Notes: generated from the sequence alone by a model not told the origin. Positions 20,101 through 30,100 are shown, counted from the stretch's first letter. The stretch: 64,000 nt of DNA from an uncultured bacterium (GCA_963977015.1 CAXBMO010000019.1:50083-114082); one strand, 5' to 3'. Numbers and translations: made by a program.

Positions 20101-20353
20101 GCAACTAGAAATCCCGCGCCAAGAAAAACTCCTCATCATATCAGAACCTCCTTGTCGAAGGCGGCAAAAACCCGTATTGCTAGTCCATTTGCGATCTCAG
20201 GGCGGCAGCCAAGTCTTGACAATTCCCACAATCATCGTGAATCACCATGAACACCAAAGACAAGCGATCAATATTCCTTAATCATTTAAGTCCAATTTCA
20301 TGATTTGGATATGAGCCCTTCAAGTGGAATAATATACTGTTCGCTCAGAAAAA

Positions 20354-20782
20354 ATGGATCCGCTCGTCTACCCGATCATCTTCCGATACGATGACATGAC
20401 AGTGCCATCGGGGAACGACTTTCCAAAGATTTGGCAGGTGAGATTTCGGGGGGAGCGAGAGTTTGACGCTATCGAGTCAATTCATCCCGCAGCTAGATTT
20501 CACTGGATCATCGACGGGAACGCCAACCTTTTGGAAATCTCTCTGGAATCGAAGTCGAGAGAATGGCTTCGACCATTTCGACATGTTTGGAGATGCGTGA
20601 GGGAACATTATTCCATCGAGGACGGGCGTGAGCTCACCATCGGCGAACTAAGGGGACTCATCGAAGGCACTCGACTCGATGAAGAGAAATCCCTGACACC
20701 GGCTTTGCAAGAGTTTCTCGATGGGCGGGATCTTGGCACCACTTTCACCAAGTCGATGTTCCGTGAGTTCATGCGTGAATAG
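20354..20782 (+). CDS. Hypothetical protein (142 aa)
   Basis: Stand-alone ORF preceded by an AT-rich promoter-like stretch. No recognised motif. Confidence 0.55.
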   Translation: MDPLVYPIIFRYDDMTVPSGNDFPKIWQVRFRGEREFDAIESIHPAARFHWIIDGNANLLEISLESKSREWLRPFRHVWRCVREHYSIEDGRELTIGELRGLIEGTRLDEEKSLTPALQEFLDGRDLGTTFTKSMFREFMRE

Positions 20783-20983
20783 GCAAGAGCGAACAAGATT
20801 AGATGAGAAGGCAGAGCGCCTCGTCGCGGGACGAGGTTGATAGACTCTCTGCTGATGAAAACGACACGGCCTACCATCTATCGGAAAGCGACCTTGGGGA
20901 TTGACCTGGGCGATCGCAAACATGCCGTCTGTGCCCTCAACGCGAAGGGCGGTCAGCCGTCAGCGCTCGAAGCTGATATCTGA
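20783..20983 (+). pseudogene. IS110-family transposase 5' remnant with structured upstream leader
   Basis: 20855-20983 translates MKTTRPTIYRKATLGIDLGDRKHAVCALNAKG..., which carries the GID motif of the IS110 DEDD N-terminus, and then stops after 42 codons. Confidence 0.75.
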
Positions 20984-21037
20984 CGGCTGTTACCTGACGG
21001 CTGTTACCTGACGGCTGTTACCTGACGGCTGTTACCT
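20980..21037. repeat. Tandem repeat, 4 x 14 bp (CTGACGGCTGTTAC)
   Basis: Four exact copies at 20980, 20994, 21008 and 21022. An inverted partner, CAGCCGTCAG, lies at 20954-20963. Confidence 0.95.
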
Positions 21038-21251
21038 CCCCAATAGCCACGATTTGCACCAGGATGTTCACCTTTTCTCAACCTGCCGGAACTTTTTGAA
21101 CGAACAGCCTTCTTCGGAAGATTTTGCATCTTCCGCTACGGGCCTGAACGCTGTTGTCATGATGACGCGCCGGATCCATCCGAGGAACATCATCCTCGTC
21201 CCGGACAACCTCGTCACCCGATCAGGTGTGCGCTTAGTTTCGAGTGGTGCG

Positions 21252-22529
21252 CTACTCTCCGGATTCAATGCACCAGAGCGCTTCGTGGGTGCGGATGAAA
21301 AAGGCTCCCTGGGAGGGGGCGAGCGACGAGTTGGTTTGCTCTCCCAGCGTGTTTTCGGCGAGCACTTCCATGCCCTCGGGAGTGGCGTTGAGGACGATGG
21401 TGTCACCGGCCTGGCTCAGCGTGTAAATCTTGTCTCCGGCAAGAAGCAGTGAACCCCAGGACTTTCCGGAGAGCGGAAGTCGATCTTTCCAGACGGTTTC
21501 GCCGGTTTGAATGTTGTCACAAAAGACGACTCCGCCGGAATTGTGATAGTAGTAGTGCCCTTCGTGAATCACGCCGGTGCCGATTCCTCCATTGTGGCGA
21601 ACTTCCTGCCAAAGGCGATGGCTTGCGGTGACATCGCCATCGCCGCCTACCCGGACACCGACCGAGTTTCCGTAGTATCCCCCCATCGCAACGACGACCC
21701 CGTCACTGTACATCGGCGACGTGTAGACCAGCGGGTTCAACCCGGAGGCGGTCCAAAGCACTTCGCCGGTCTTGGGATTGAACCCCTTCATTTCCATGGG
21801 AAAACTCATCACGAGTTCATCCCGCTTCGCGCCTTCGATCAAAATGGGGGTGCTGAAGGCTCCGATCACGCCTTCATCCGAGTTCCCCCGGAAGCCGTCC
21901 GTGCGTTCGCCCGGTTTCCAAGCCGGCTCCTTCCATTGCCAGACCGTTTCGCCGGACTTCTTGTCGAGGCCGTAGAGCACCGCGTTCTTCGCGGGACCGT
22001 GATAGTGGAGGACCAGGCCGCCGTAAATGAGGGGAGAACTGGAGTTTCCCCACGTGTGATCCAGGGCGCCGAGATCGCGATGCCAGAGCTGGTTTCCTTC
22101 CAGGTCATAGGCGACGAGCCCGGCTGAGCCATAGGAGGCGACCACCATTTCGCCATCCGTGGTGGGCGAGGCCGAGCAAAAGAGATTCGATCGGTGGGTC
22201 CGCTCCTGCTTTTCGTAAACGAGCCCGTTCTTCCAGAGCAACTTCCCGGTTTCGCGATCGAAACAGTAAAGACCGCGCCATTTTTCCGCCGTGACGGGTT
22301 GGGTGACAAAAACGCGATCTCCCAGAATGATCGGGGTCGAGTTCCCGCCTTCCGGAAGCTCGACACGCCATTTCACGTTCTTGTCGTTGCCCCATTCCAA
22401 GGGCAAATCGGTTTCCTGAGTAACGCCGGAACCGAGAAGATCACCGCGCCAACTGGGCCAGGCATCTGCGTGGCAAAGCGGGGAAACGGCGAAGAGGAGG
22501 GCGGGAAGGAGGACGTGACAGGGGTTCAT
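21252..22529 (-). CDS. PQQ-binding-like beta-propeller repeat protein (PVC type)
   Basis: Signal peptide, WPSWRG, W.VELP.GGNSTPI, repeated 'D..TG..LW' blades and a C-terminal FIRT..ALWCI. Confidence 0.9.
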   Translation of the reverse strand: MNPCHVLLPALLFAVSPLCHADAWPSWRGDLLGSGVTQETDLPLEWGNDKNVKWRVELPEGGNSTPIILGDRVFVTQPVTAEKWRGLYCFDRETGKLLWKNGLVYEKQERTHRSNLFCSASPTTDGEMVVASYGSAGLVAYDLEGNQLWHRDLGALDHTWGNSSSPLIYGGLVLHYHGPAKNAVLYGLDKKSGETVWQWKEPAWKPGERTDGFRGNSDEGVIGAFSTPILIEGAKRDELVMSFPMEMKGFNPKTGEVLWTASGLNPLVYTSPMYSDGVVVAMGGYYGNSVGVRVGGDGDVTASHRLWQEVRHNGGIGTGVIHEGHYYYHNSGGVVFCDNIQTGETVWKDRLPLSGKSWGSLLLAGDKIYTLSQAGDTIVLNATPEGMEVLAENTLGEQTNSSLAPSQGAFFIRTHEALWCIESGE

Positions 22530-22626
22530 GCTCCAATGGACAAACGAAGGGGTGAACTTGCTCAAATCGCACGTGATGATTCCTGGTTTTCATGGCTGAA
22601 ACCCGGTTGGACGGCGCGTCTGCCGC

Positions 22627-23556
22627 GTGGTAGAGACGCCGGTGCCCTTTTACCTGCTCCTGCCCCTTGGAAGCGCCATGATGTATGCCCTGAGCACGCT
22701 CTTCCTGAAGCGTGGCTTGAAGGAGGGAGCGCGGCTGCGCCAGGCCGTCCACGTCACCAACATCGCGGTCGGGATCGTGGTATGCCCGCTCTACTTTTTT
22801 CAGAAGGATCCGGTCGCCTGGCATCTCCTGTGGCAGCCGGTCAGCATGTCGCTGGTTTTCTATGCGGCGGGATGGATGACGGTTTGGGCGATGCGTCAGG
22901 GGGATGTTTCGCTCGTCACTCCGGTCATGGGGACGAAGGTTGTGTTTGTGGCTTTGGGGGCAGCGCTCTTGCTGGATGAGCAACTGCCCATGCTCCTTAT
23001 CGTTGCGGTGGTGCTGACGGCGGCTGGCATCTTCGTGCTCGGCATCCCCGATCTCGCGAAAAGCCATGCCAAATTCGGCCCCGCGACCCTGCTCGCCATG
23101 CTTAGTGTGTCGATGTTCGCAGCCTGCGACCTGATGGTGAAGCAGTGGGCCATTCCATTCGGCAAACACGCCTTCATCGCGATCGCCTCGAATGGAGTCG
23201 GGATCATTTCGATCCTGGACATCGCCCTGAGCCGCCTGCCGTTCCGGGAGACCTATCCCCCGACGACGAAAGAGACGCGGTTCTGGATCTGGAGCAGCGC
23301 AGTGCTCATTGCCTTGCAGGCCATGGTCGTTGGCGTCGTCCTGGCAGCCACCGGGGACGCCACAGGGGTGAACGTCGTCTATGCGTCGCGCGGATTGTGG
23401 GCGATTCTGCTCGTTTGGATCGTTGGCCATCATTTTGCGAATCACGAACGCCACGACGCGGGCAAGTTCTACATCTGGCGGGTCGTCGGAGCCGCGATGT
23501 TGACGCTGGCAGTCATTCTCGCGGTGGTCGCGCGCTCGTCGGGGAGTCCGCAATGA
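22627..23556 (+). CDS. DMT/EamA-family transporter
   Basis: About 10 TM helices and the motif GDVSLVTPVMGTKVVFV. GTG start. Confidence 0.8.
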   Translation: MVETPVPFYLLLPLGSAMMYALSTLFLKRGLKEGARLRQAVHVTNIAVGIVVCPLYFFQKDPVAWHLLWQPVSMSLVFYAAGWMTVWAMRQGDVSLVTPVMGTKVVFVALGAALLLDEQLPMLLIVAVVLTAAGIFVLGIPDLAKSHAKFGPATLLAMLSVSMFAACDLMVKQWAIPFGKHAFIAIASNGVGIISILDIALSRLPFRETYPPTTKETRFWIWSSAVLIALQAMVVGVVLAATGDATGVNVVYASRGLWAILLVWIVGHHFANHERHDAGKFYIWRVVGAAMLTLAVILAVVARSSGSPQ

Positions 23557-23661
23557 GCGTCCCGGCATCGGTGCCCACGCTGGAGATGGTGGTCGGGTGA
23601 ACGCGCCACCGTCGAGGAGATGATCGCGAAGTGGGCGAGGCGTAGCACAGCCTTCACTCCC

Positions 23662-23721
23662 GTATTCCGGAGATTTCTCCGGAATTTGGTCGGTCGGTTT
23701 CCGGAGAAATCTCTGGAATAC
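23662..23721. repeat. REP doublet (nested inverted repeat) between convergent genes
   Basis: GTATTCCGGAGATTTCTCCGGAA, a 14-nt spacer, then TTCCGGAGAAATCTCTGGAATAC. The arms are 22/23 complementary and each arm is itself a hairpin. Confidence 0.85.
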
Positions 23722-23760
23722 CATCAAGCGATCAGATTTGTGCCCTTTTTCAACATTCTG

Positions 23761-24177
23761 CTAGGAAGTGTTCCTCGCGGCCGGCAACTCCTCGACGGTT
23801 AACTCAGCGCATCCGGTTTCCGGATCGAGCTTTCTCGTGAATTCCCATTCCGGAAGGATGCCGAGAACAATCTCCGCAGTGGTGTTGATGATGGCTCCCT
23901 CCTTCAGGTGTCCTCCCTTCGCCATTCCGTGGTGGTCGCTGACCAAAATATGGAGATGCGACCCGTCCCGGGAAAGGGTCCCCCCAAGCGAGATGATTTC
24001 GAAGGGGCCTTCCAAAATCTCCGCCGTCTCCGCCTCGGCAAACCGGATCGCCGCCGTCCTGAGGCTCCCAATTCCGGTGACGACGCACGCCGCCGGCCAC
24101 TTTCGGTTCTCTATCAGGCCATCCAGCTCCCGCTTCAAATCCTGTCCCGGGGTGAGTCTCAGGCAATGGGTTTGCAT
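23761..24177 (-). CDS. PPC/DUF296 domain protein
   Basis: Motifs LRLTPGQDL, GIGSL, FEIISLGGT, HLHI and GGHL. Confidence 0.92.
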   Translation of the reverse strand: MQTHCLRLTPGQDLKRELDGLIENRKWPAACVVTGIGSLRTAAIRFAEAETAEILEGPFEIISLGGTLSRDGSHLHILVSDHHGMAKGGHLKEGAIINTTAEIVLGILPEWEFTRKLDPETGCAELTVEELPAARNTS

Positions 24178-24211
24178 CGTTGGTGTTGGGTTTCCAGGGT
24201 TGTGCCTGCGT

Positions 24212-25183
24212 TCAATGGGAAAAGTGTTCGCAGGCAAGTTGGGCCACCTCGTCGGCGCAACCCCACGCGACGGTATATCCGCCGCCGCCATGGCCGTAGT
24301 TGTGGATCACCGGCTGATCGGTGGAGGGCAGCTCCAGTTCCAAACGAACCTCCGGACGGCCCGGACGAAGCCCCACCGCCACGCCGAGTTGCTCACTCTG
24401 CGCAAGTTGGGGAACGAGCTTGCGGCAACGCTCAAGAATCGCCTGTGTGTCGCTTTCGGAAGGTTCCCGGCTCCAGTCTCCCTCCTGCGCGGTCCCTCCC
24501 AGAACCACGTCATTCTTCCGGGGAAGAATCAACGTGAACTCATCCTCTTTCTGGTAGAGCCGCGTCGATTCCCTCAGGTCTTTGGGGAGGGAAACCCGCA
24601 CCACCTGGCCGCGAATGGGAAACACCTCGGGGTCCTTCGCAAAATGGCGCGCCCAGACTCCCGTGCAATTCACCACCAGGTCGAACTCAGGAAACAAATC
24701 CGTTGGGTTGTCGATCTCCTGAACCTGAATTTGCGCCCCGTTGCGAACCACCTCGTCCCGGAGATAGGGCATGAACACCGGCACATCAATGACCGGAAGC
24801 GTCACCAGAAACGCCTCGTGACAAGGAACTCCGTAGTCGGCCCCGTTCACTTCCTCCCATTCATCAACGAGGGTTCGCGCGTACGCGCTGTCATCGGGAT
24901 CGAGGCAAAACCGGAAATGCCTCTCAAAATGAATCCCGGATTCCGGAAGTGTCTGGAGACGCGCATACTCGTCGTAGGTGGTCTTGGCCCACTTCGCCAC
25001 GCGCTCCTCGGGGTAGGCCTTGTGCGGCCACCAATAGGCTCCGGCGGAGAGCGATGTGGTTTCGGTAAACTCCTCCTTCGAAAAAATCTTCACGGAGAAG
25101 CCGCGCTTCAGCAATCGATGCGCACAAGTCAGTCCCATGACCCCTTGTCCAACGATGGCAACGTTCTTTCGGTCGGTGATCAT
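24212..25183 (-). CDS. D-amino-acid oxidase (FAD-dependent, DAO family)
   Basis: Motifs VAIVGQGVMGL, VVNCTG, PIRGQ, GLRPGR and the DAAO signature HNYGHGGGGYT..WGCA. Confidence 0.88.
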   Translation of the reverse strand: MITDRKNVAIVGQGVMGLTCAHRLLKRGFSVKIFSKEEFTETTSLSAGAYWWPHKAYPEERVAKWAKTTYDEYARLQTLPESGIHFERHFRFCLDPDDSAYARTLVDEWEEVNGADYGVPCHEAFLVTLPVIDVPVFMPYLRDEVVRNGAQIQVQEIDNPTDLFPEFDLVVNCTGVWARHFAKDPEVFPIRGQVVRVSLPKDLRESTRLYQKEDEFTLILPRKNDVVLGGTAQEGDWSREPSESDTQAILERCRKLVPQLAQSEQLGVAVGLRPGRPEVRLELELPSTDQPVIHNYGHGGGGYTVAWGCADEVAQLACEHFSH

Positions 25184-25286
25184 TGAAATACTCTGGCGTG
25201 ATGCCTCAAACTAAACTCGTCGTCGGCGCAGGGTTAGGCGATCGGAGGCGATGTTCCTTACGTTCATTCGGAGAGCCAATCCGAGT

Positions 25287-25850
25287 TTAATCCTTCGCCC
25301 CACCCGGATCTCCATTCCAGTAGGTTTTCACCATTCGTGCCACGCGAAGCGGATCCGCTCCAGCAAGTGGAATCTCATTGTGCTCAACCGTGTTGTAGCC
25401 GAAACGTCGGTAAAGTGGCTCACCAACCAGGGTGGCTGAAATCTCCCCGCGCCGGAAGCCCGCGGCAAGGATCGCATCCTCGCATGCCTTCATGATACGG
25501 CTGCCAATTCTTTGCCTCGCGAAATCAGGATCCACAAAAAAGGCCCTGATCCGCGCCGCTTCAGTTTCAGGGTCCAGACGCCGGGGAGCAGTTCCGGTAA
25601 CCTGACGCCCTCCGAAAAGAGCCTTGCGGAAGCTCCAACCGCCACATCCGACGATGTTGCCCATTTCTTCGACCACGAAATAGGTCGCATCCTGAATCAT
25701 CTGTTCATCGACTCCGAAGACGGGACCAATCGCCGCCCGGATCTGTGATTCGGAATAGCAACCCTTGTGCAGGGTCGTCACCGATCTCACCAGCAACTCG
25801 TGAAGGGATTCCTGGTCGGCGGGAGTCGCGATTCGTATCGTCCAGTTCAT
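25287..25850 (-). CDS. GNAT-family N-acetyltransferase
   Basis: Motifs IVGCGGWS, IRAFFVDPDFARQRIGS and ATL.GEPLY..FGY. Confidence 0.92.
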   Translation of the reverse strand: MNWTIRIATPADQESLHELLVRSVTTLHKGCYSESQIRAAIGPVFGVDEQMIQDATYFVVEEMGNIVGCGGWSFRKALFGGRQVTGTAPRRLDPETEAARIRAFFVDPDFARQRIGSRIMKACEDAILAAGFRRGEISATLVGEPLYRRFGYNTVEHNEIPLAGADPLRVARMVKTYWNGDPGGAKD

Positions 25851-25925
25851 GACAGGAGAGTGTCCGTTAGGCAATGGTAGCCGAACCCAAAGTGGCGGAG
25901 TCCATCGACAAAGGCAAATGTGGAG

Positions 25926-26261
25926 TCAGCTCTCCATCGAGATGGCCTCCACCGCACCGTCTTCATCAAAGGAAACGCAGAGAACGTAGTTCGTCACCTC
26001 TCCCGGAAGGGTGAAATCAAGACTGTCCAGGTCCTCCTCTTCGTCAAAGTCAGACTGCAGGACCAGCGCATCAAGAATCTGCTCCGGTGCCGGCTTTGCC
26101 GTTTGAAGATGCTTCTCCCAATACGGCGCCGCGAGTTCCTCAAGATGATGAGAGACGAAAAGCGTGGCGCCAAACTCATCGTCCGCAGTTCCGTATGCGG
26201 CTTTGATGGCTTTTAGCGCTGCGTTCGTTCGGGTCTGGATTTCGGCGTTGTCAGGGGGCAT
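25926..26261 (-). CDS. DUF2004-like acidic protein
   Basis: C-terminal LDFTLPGEVTNYVLCVSFDEDG..ISMES pattern. Confidence 0.65.
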   Translation of the reverse strand: MPPDNAEIQTRTNAALKAIKAAYGTADDEFGATLFVSHHLEELAAPYWEKHLQTAKPAPEQILDALVLQSDFDEEEDLDSLDFTLPGEVTNYVLCVSFDEDGAVEAISMES

Positions 26262-26283
26262 TGGGCCGGAAATTTTTCCCACC

Positions 26284-26907
26284 TTATCGCTTCCCGCCTT
26301 TTACGAGAAGCCAAATTGCGAGTGACATCTCTCCGAAAATGCTCGGGACAGCAACGAGCGCCAGGAAGACAGAGGCGTAGTTGTCGTAGTTGGGCAGCGC
26401 AAAATGTGCCGCGGTGTCCGCCATATACATCACCCCAGCCAATGCCAGAAAGACGGTGATGAACTTGGGTCTACCAATGATGTTCCCCAATAGAAGAAGA
26501 TGAATCCCAAAAAAGAAGAGGCCGATCAGCCAGATGTTATTGAACGTCGCAACGTGATTCAGGACCTCCTCACCAGTCTCCGAAGTCAACACGGGCGGGA
26601 GTGAGAAAACCGCCACCCCCATGATCGCCGCATGCATCATTCGAAACAGCATGCTTAGAAGCGAGAGAGAATCGTCCTTGTACAATTCGTAAAGAGCCCA
26701 CGCCACCACCACATCAAAAACCACCGTGATCAGGAAGGCCAGGATGCCGGCTCGCACCTGGAGGTGATCTTGCTGGATCGTCGCCAGAGGGGCGTTGAGC
26801 AGGGATTCCAGCACGAAAAAGTTGGCGAAAATCGCCGCAAAGAAAATGATGAGATAGCTCACTCCCGCGATCACGGAAAGCGTTCTCGGTTCGAAGGTCC
26901 TACTCAT
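26284..26907 (-). CDS. DUF4386-family membrane protein
   Basis: Hydrophobic protein with IAGVSYL, DVVVAWALY, GLFFFGIHL and GEMSLAIWLLVKG. Confidence 0.8.
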   Translation of the reverse strand: MSRTFEPRTLSVIAGVSYLIIFFAAIFANFFVLESLLNAPLATIQQDHLQVRAGILAFLITVVFDVVVAWALYELYKDDSLSLLSMLFRMMHAAIMGVAVFSLPPVLTSETGEEVLNHVATFNNIWLIGLFFFGIHLLLLGNIIGRPKFITVFLALAGVMYMADTAAHFALPNYDNYASVFLALVAVPSIFGEMSLAIWLLVKGGKR

Positions 26908-27395
26908 GATCGGGGTCGTTGATTGGTTGTATGGATCGTCTTTTTCCCATCGTAATCAGCAAACAACTGCTCATGCGATGCCTGGGAAAACGTGTCCTTC
27001 CGGTGAGGATATTGCGCGATCCAGTCGATCAACATCGCCAGATTCGCATCCTGTTCCTCCCTGGATGGATATTTGTGGGGTTCCCAGGGACGATTTCTCG
27101 CATTGTCGATGCAATCTTCAACTGGCAAATTCAGGAAGATGATCTCGGTGGAACAGGGAATCACCACGGCCAAGAGATCGGAATAGCATCCCTCAATCAC
27201 CCAACCATCAGAAGACTCCATGAAGGATTCAATCGCCCGCGTTGACTCTTCGATCGACCGTCGCACCGGAGGCGAAACGGGTTGCCAGGCAATCGTATCC
27301 AGATCGAAGTGCGCCAACCCTTCGGAGTCAGAAAGCTGCTTTGCCAAGGTGGATTTGCCCGACCCGGAATTCCCGAAAATAACTACTTTTTTCAC
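26904..27395 (-). CDS. P-loop nucleotide kinase-like protein (adenylate/shikimate kinase fold, FlaR-like)
   Basis: Walker A motif GNSGSGKST, plus DLD.IAW, WVIEGCY and RPWEPHKY. GTG start assumed. Confidence 0.85.
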   Translation of the reverse strand: MKKVVIFGNSGSGKSTLAKQLSDSEGLAHFDLDTIAWQPVSPPVRRSIEESTRAIESFMESSDGWVIEGCYSDLLAVVIPCSTEIIFLNLPVEDCIDNARNRPWEPHKYPSREEQDANLAMLIDWIAQYPHRKDTFSQASHEQLFADYDGKKTIHTTNQRPRS

Positions 27396-27535
27396 GCGTG
27401 CGCCCAGCATGGGGGCGAGGTGGAAGCGGTTCAAGTGCCCGGTGTGAAAAAGGAATGCGTCCAGAGTTGGAGGCTGCCAGACAGCCTAAGCCATCTCCTT
27501 GCTGTACAAGCCTGCAACGCCTTGCAAATGCCCAT

Positions 27536-28207
27536 TCAACTCTCCATTCCCGTCCCATCCGGACCGTAAAGATATTCCATGTCGGGCTTCTCCGTCGCAA
27601 AGAAATGGACCCAGATGTAGGCGTGACTGAATGCGGCAACGGTCAGCCCGGTAGCGGAGTTGAGACCCACCGCGATCGCCCAGAACAGAAGAAACACAGC
27701 GACGTACATCCCATGGCTGGTGAAACGAAAAATCCCCTTCCTCACCAGCGGCATCCTGCGGTAGCGAGCCTCGAAATGATCGGCCCCGCTCGCGCGAACC
27801 ATGCCGAAGTCGCGTAGGACGCTGTGCATCGCGTAGAACCCCACCGCGACGAGCAACAGTGTGATGAGGATTCGCGGAGGAGCCGGTAGGCCGAGGCTGC
27901 CCCGGTCCAACCACGCCAACATGAACAAGGAAACAAATCGACCGGCAAAGAGAACGAAAAACAGCCCGACATAAACTCGAAACCCGATGGAGTGACTGAT
28001 CGCTGAATCCCGGAGCTCCAGGCGCCACGTCAACCACACATACACCTGGTGCACGACGGGGAACGCAATGGCAATCCAGAAAGCTGCGGGAAAGGGGGCG
28101 CCGAGAGATCGCCAAGCGATCCCAACCAAGCCGAGCAGGATCACCAAACCAGCAAGGTGGAGCAACTGGCCAACCCAGATTCCTGGAACTGTTTTTGTTT
28201 TCGGCAT
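27536..28207 (-). CDS. Phospholipid methyltransferase (PEMT)-family membrane protein
   Basis: Multi-TM protein with FG..RA.G.DHF, LVRKGIFRFTSHGMY and TEKPDM..LY. Confidence 0.8.
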   Translation of the reverse strand: MPKTKTVPGIWVGQLLHLAGLVILLGLVGIAWRSLGAPFPAAFWIAIAFPVVHQVYVWLTWRLELRDSAISHSIGFRVYVGLFFVLFAGRFVSLFMLAWLDRGSLGLPAPPRILITLLLVAVGFYAMHSVLRDFGMVRASGADHFEARYRRMPLVRKGIFRFTSHGMYVAVFLLFWAIAVGLNSATGLTVAAFSHAYIWVHFFATEKPDMEYLYGPDGTGMES

Positions 28208-28372
28208 TGCGCTTGCAGCAAACGAGCTTGTTCTCCCTTGGTTCCTCCAAGAACTTTCCATCGAGCGACCAATTTAGGACTTCGAAGGTTGGCTCGATGC
28301 CGCAACAAGCCACGCTGATTGGGTGGAGCTTTCGTCGGGTTGATTATTCTGAGGTTTGATGTCCCTTGCGGC

Positions 28373-30013
28373 ATGAAATCCCTTACTCTTGCCATTTGGA
28401 CGTTCGTCCTGGCCCTGTCGTCCGCGGTTGCCGATCGCCCGAACATCGTTTTTATCTTTTCCGACGATCACGCGACCCAGGCGATCAGTGCTTACGGGGG
28501 AAGGCTTGCGGAAGTCGTGCCGACGCCGAATCTGGACCGGATCGCCGAAGAGGGGATGCGTTTTACCCGGTGCATGGTGACCAACTCGATTTGCGGGCCA
28601 AGCCGCGCCACGATCCTAACCGGAAAATACAGCCACAAAAACGGCTTCTTCATGAATGAGGCGACCCGGTTCGACGGGAGCCAGCAAACCTTTCCCAAAC
28701 TGCTCCAAAAGGCGGGTTACGAGACGGCGATCATCGGCAAGTGGCATCTTGCGAGCGATCCAACCGGGTTCGATCACTGGGAGATTCTTCCGGGGCAGGG
28801 GAGTTACTACAATCCGGATTTCCTGACCGAGAAGGGAAAGCATCGGGAAACGGGATATTGCAGTGAGATCCTGACCGAGAAAGCCAAGCGGTGGCTCTCC
28901 GAGCAACGGGATTCGCAGAAGCCGTTCATGTTGATGTTGCAGCACAAGGCTCCACATCGCGCATGGGATCCGGCGCCCAAGTATCTAACGCTGTTCGATG
29001 ATGTGACGATGCCGGAGCCGGACACGTTGTTTGATGATTATGAAGGTCGTGGAACGGCGGCGTTGAATCAGGATATGTCGATCGAGAAGACGATGACGTT
29101 GGGGCGTGACTTGAAGGTGAAGGAAAAGGATCCGACGGGCGACTTCGTCAGGCGCGGCTACGGTCGGCTCAACGAAGCGCAGGCAGCGCTTTGGGACGCG
29201 GCTTATCAGCCAAAAAATGATGCGTTTCTCGCCGCCAACCTCAGTGGCAGGGAGTTGGTCCGTTGGAAGTATCAGCGTTATCTCAAGGATTACCTGCGGT
29301 GCGTGAAGTCGGTGGATGACAGCGTGGGAGAGATTCAGGCTTACCTCAAAGAGAATGGCTTGTCCGATAATACAGTGTTCATTTATTCAAGTGATCAGGG
29401 CTTCTATCTGGGGGAGCACGGATGGTTTGATAAGCGGTTTATGTATGATGAGTCTTATCGCACTCCGCTGCTCGTGAGTTGGCCCGGGAAGATCCGGCCG
29501 GGAAGCGTGAATGGCGATTTGGTGTCCAATCTCGATTTCGCGGAGACCTTCCTGGAAATCGCAGGGGCGGAGATTCCCGCTGATATGCAGGGAGCCAGTC
29601 TCGTTCCGATCCTGAAGGGGACGACGCCATCTGATTGGCGCAAGTCCCACTACTATCATTACTACGAATATCCCGGCTGGCACATGGTACAGCGGCACGA
29701 AGGCGTCTACGATGGTCGTTACAAGTTGATGAACTTTTACGATGTCAAGGAGATGGAGCTCTACGACCTGGAGTCCGATCCGAAAGAGATGACCAATCAA
29801 TTCAACAACCCGGAGTATGCCGCGATCGTAAAGCGGCTGGAAGGAGAGTTGGCTGAGCTTCGGCGTCAGTATGAAGTTCCGGAGAATCAGCTCAAGGATC
29901 TTACGAATGTGGACATGCATTACCATTCCAAATCGATTCTCGAACGAGGGCTGGCCCGGAAGAAAGCGGCGGAAGAAGCCGCCGCAAAGCGAAAAGGCGA
30001 AAGCCCGAAGTAG
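28373..30013 (+). CDS. Sulfatase (GlcNAc-6-sulfatase-like, DUF4976 C-terminus)
   Basis: Motifs [38 protein letters not shown] and YYHYYEYP. Confidence 0.95.
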   Translation: MKSLTLAIWTFVLALSSAVADRPNIVFIFSDDHATQAISAYGGRLAEVVPTPNLDRIAEEGMRFTRCMVTNSICGPSRATILTGKYSHKNGFFMNEATRFDGSQQTFPKLLQKAGYETAIIGKWHLASDPTGFDHWEILPGQGSYYNPDFLTEKGKHRETGYCSEILTEKAKRWLSEQRDSQKPFMLMLQHKAPHRAWDPAPKYLTLFDDVTMPEPDTLFDDYEGRGTAALNQDMSIEKTMTLGRDLKVKEKDPTGDFVRRGYGRLNEAQAALWDAAYQPKNDAFLAANLSGRELVRWKYQRYLKDYLRCVKSVDDSVGEIQAYLKENGLSDNTVFIYSSDQGFYLGEHGWFDKRFMYDESYRTPLLVSWPGKIRPGSVNGDLVSNLDFAETFLEIAGAEIPADMQGASLVPILKGTTPSDWRKSHYYHYYEYPGWHMVQRHEGVYDGRYKLMNFYDVKEMELYDLESDPKEMTNQFNNPEYAAIVKRLEGELAELRRQYEVPENQLKDLTNVDMHYHSKSILERGLARKKAAEEAAAKRKGESPK

Positions 30014-30100
30014 AGGCCAACGTGTTTCGGACGAATGAGAGGTGTTCTGATCTTCGCCAGTTGCTAGCATAGCGTTGCGTTGTCTGCGTCGAAAGGCTTG

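Noticed and set aside
19210-20281. Duplicated ORFs inside the repeats (19210-19533, 19715-20050, 19760-20281 etc.)
   Set aside because: These are translations of palindromic repeat DNA with no protein-like motifs.
19277-21037. CRISPR array
   Set aside because: The repeats are either ~315 bp, irregularly spaced, or head-to-tail 14-mers without spacers, and there are no cas genes.
23761-28207. Integron cassette array
   Set aside because: GTTAGGC occurs at about 25233 and 25866, but there are no paired RYYYAAC/attC stems, some genes abut or overlap, and no integrase is present.
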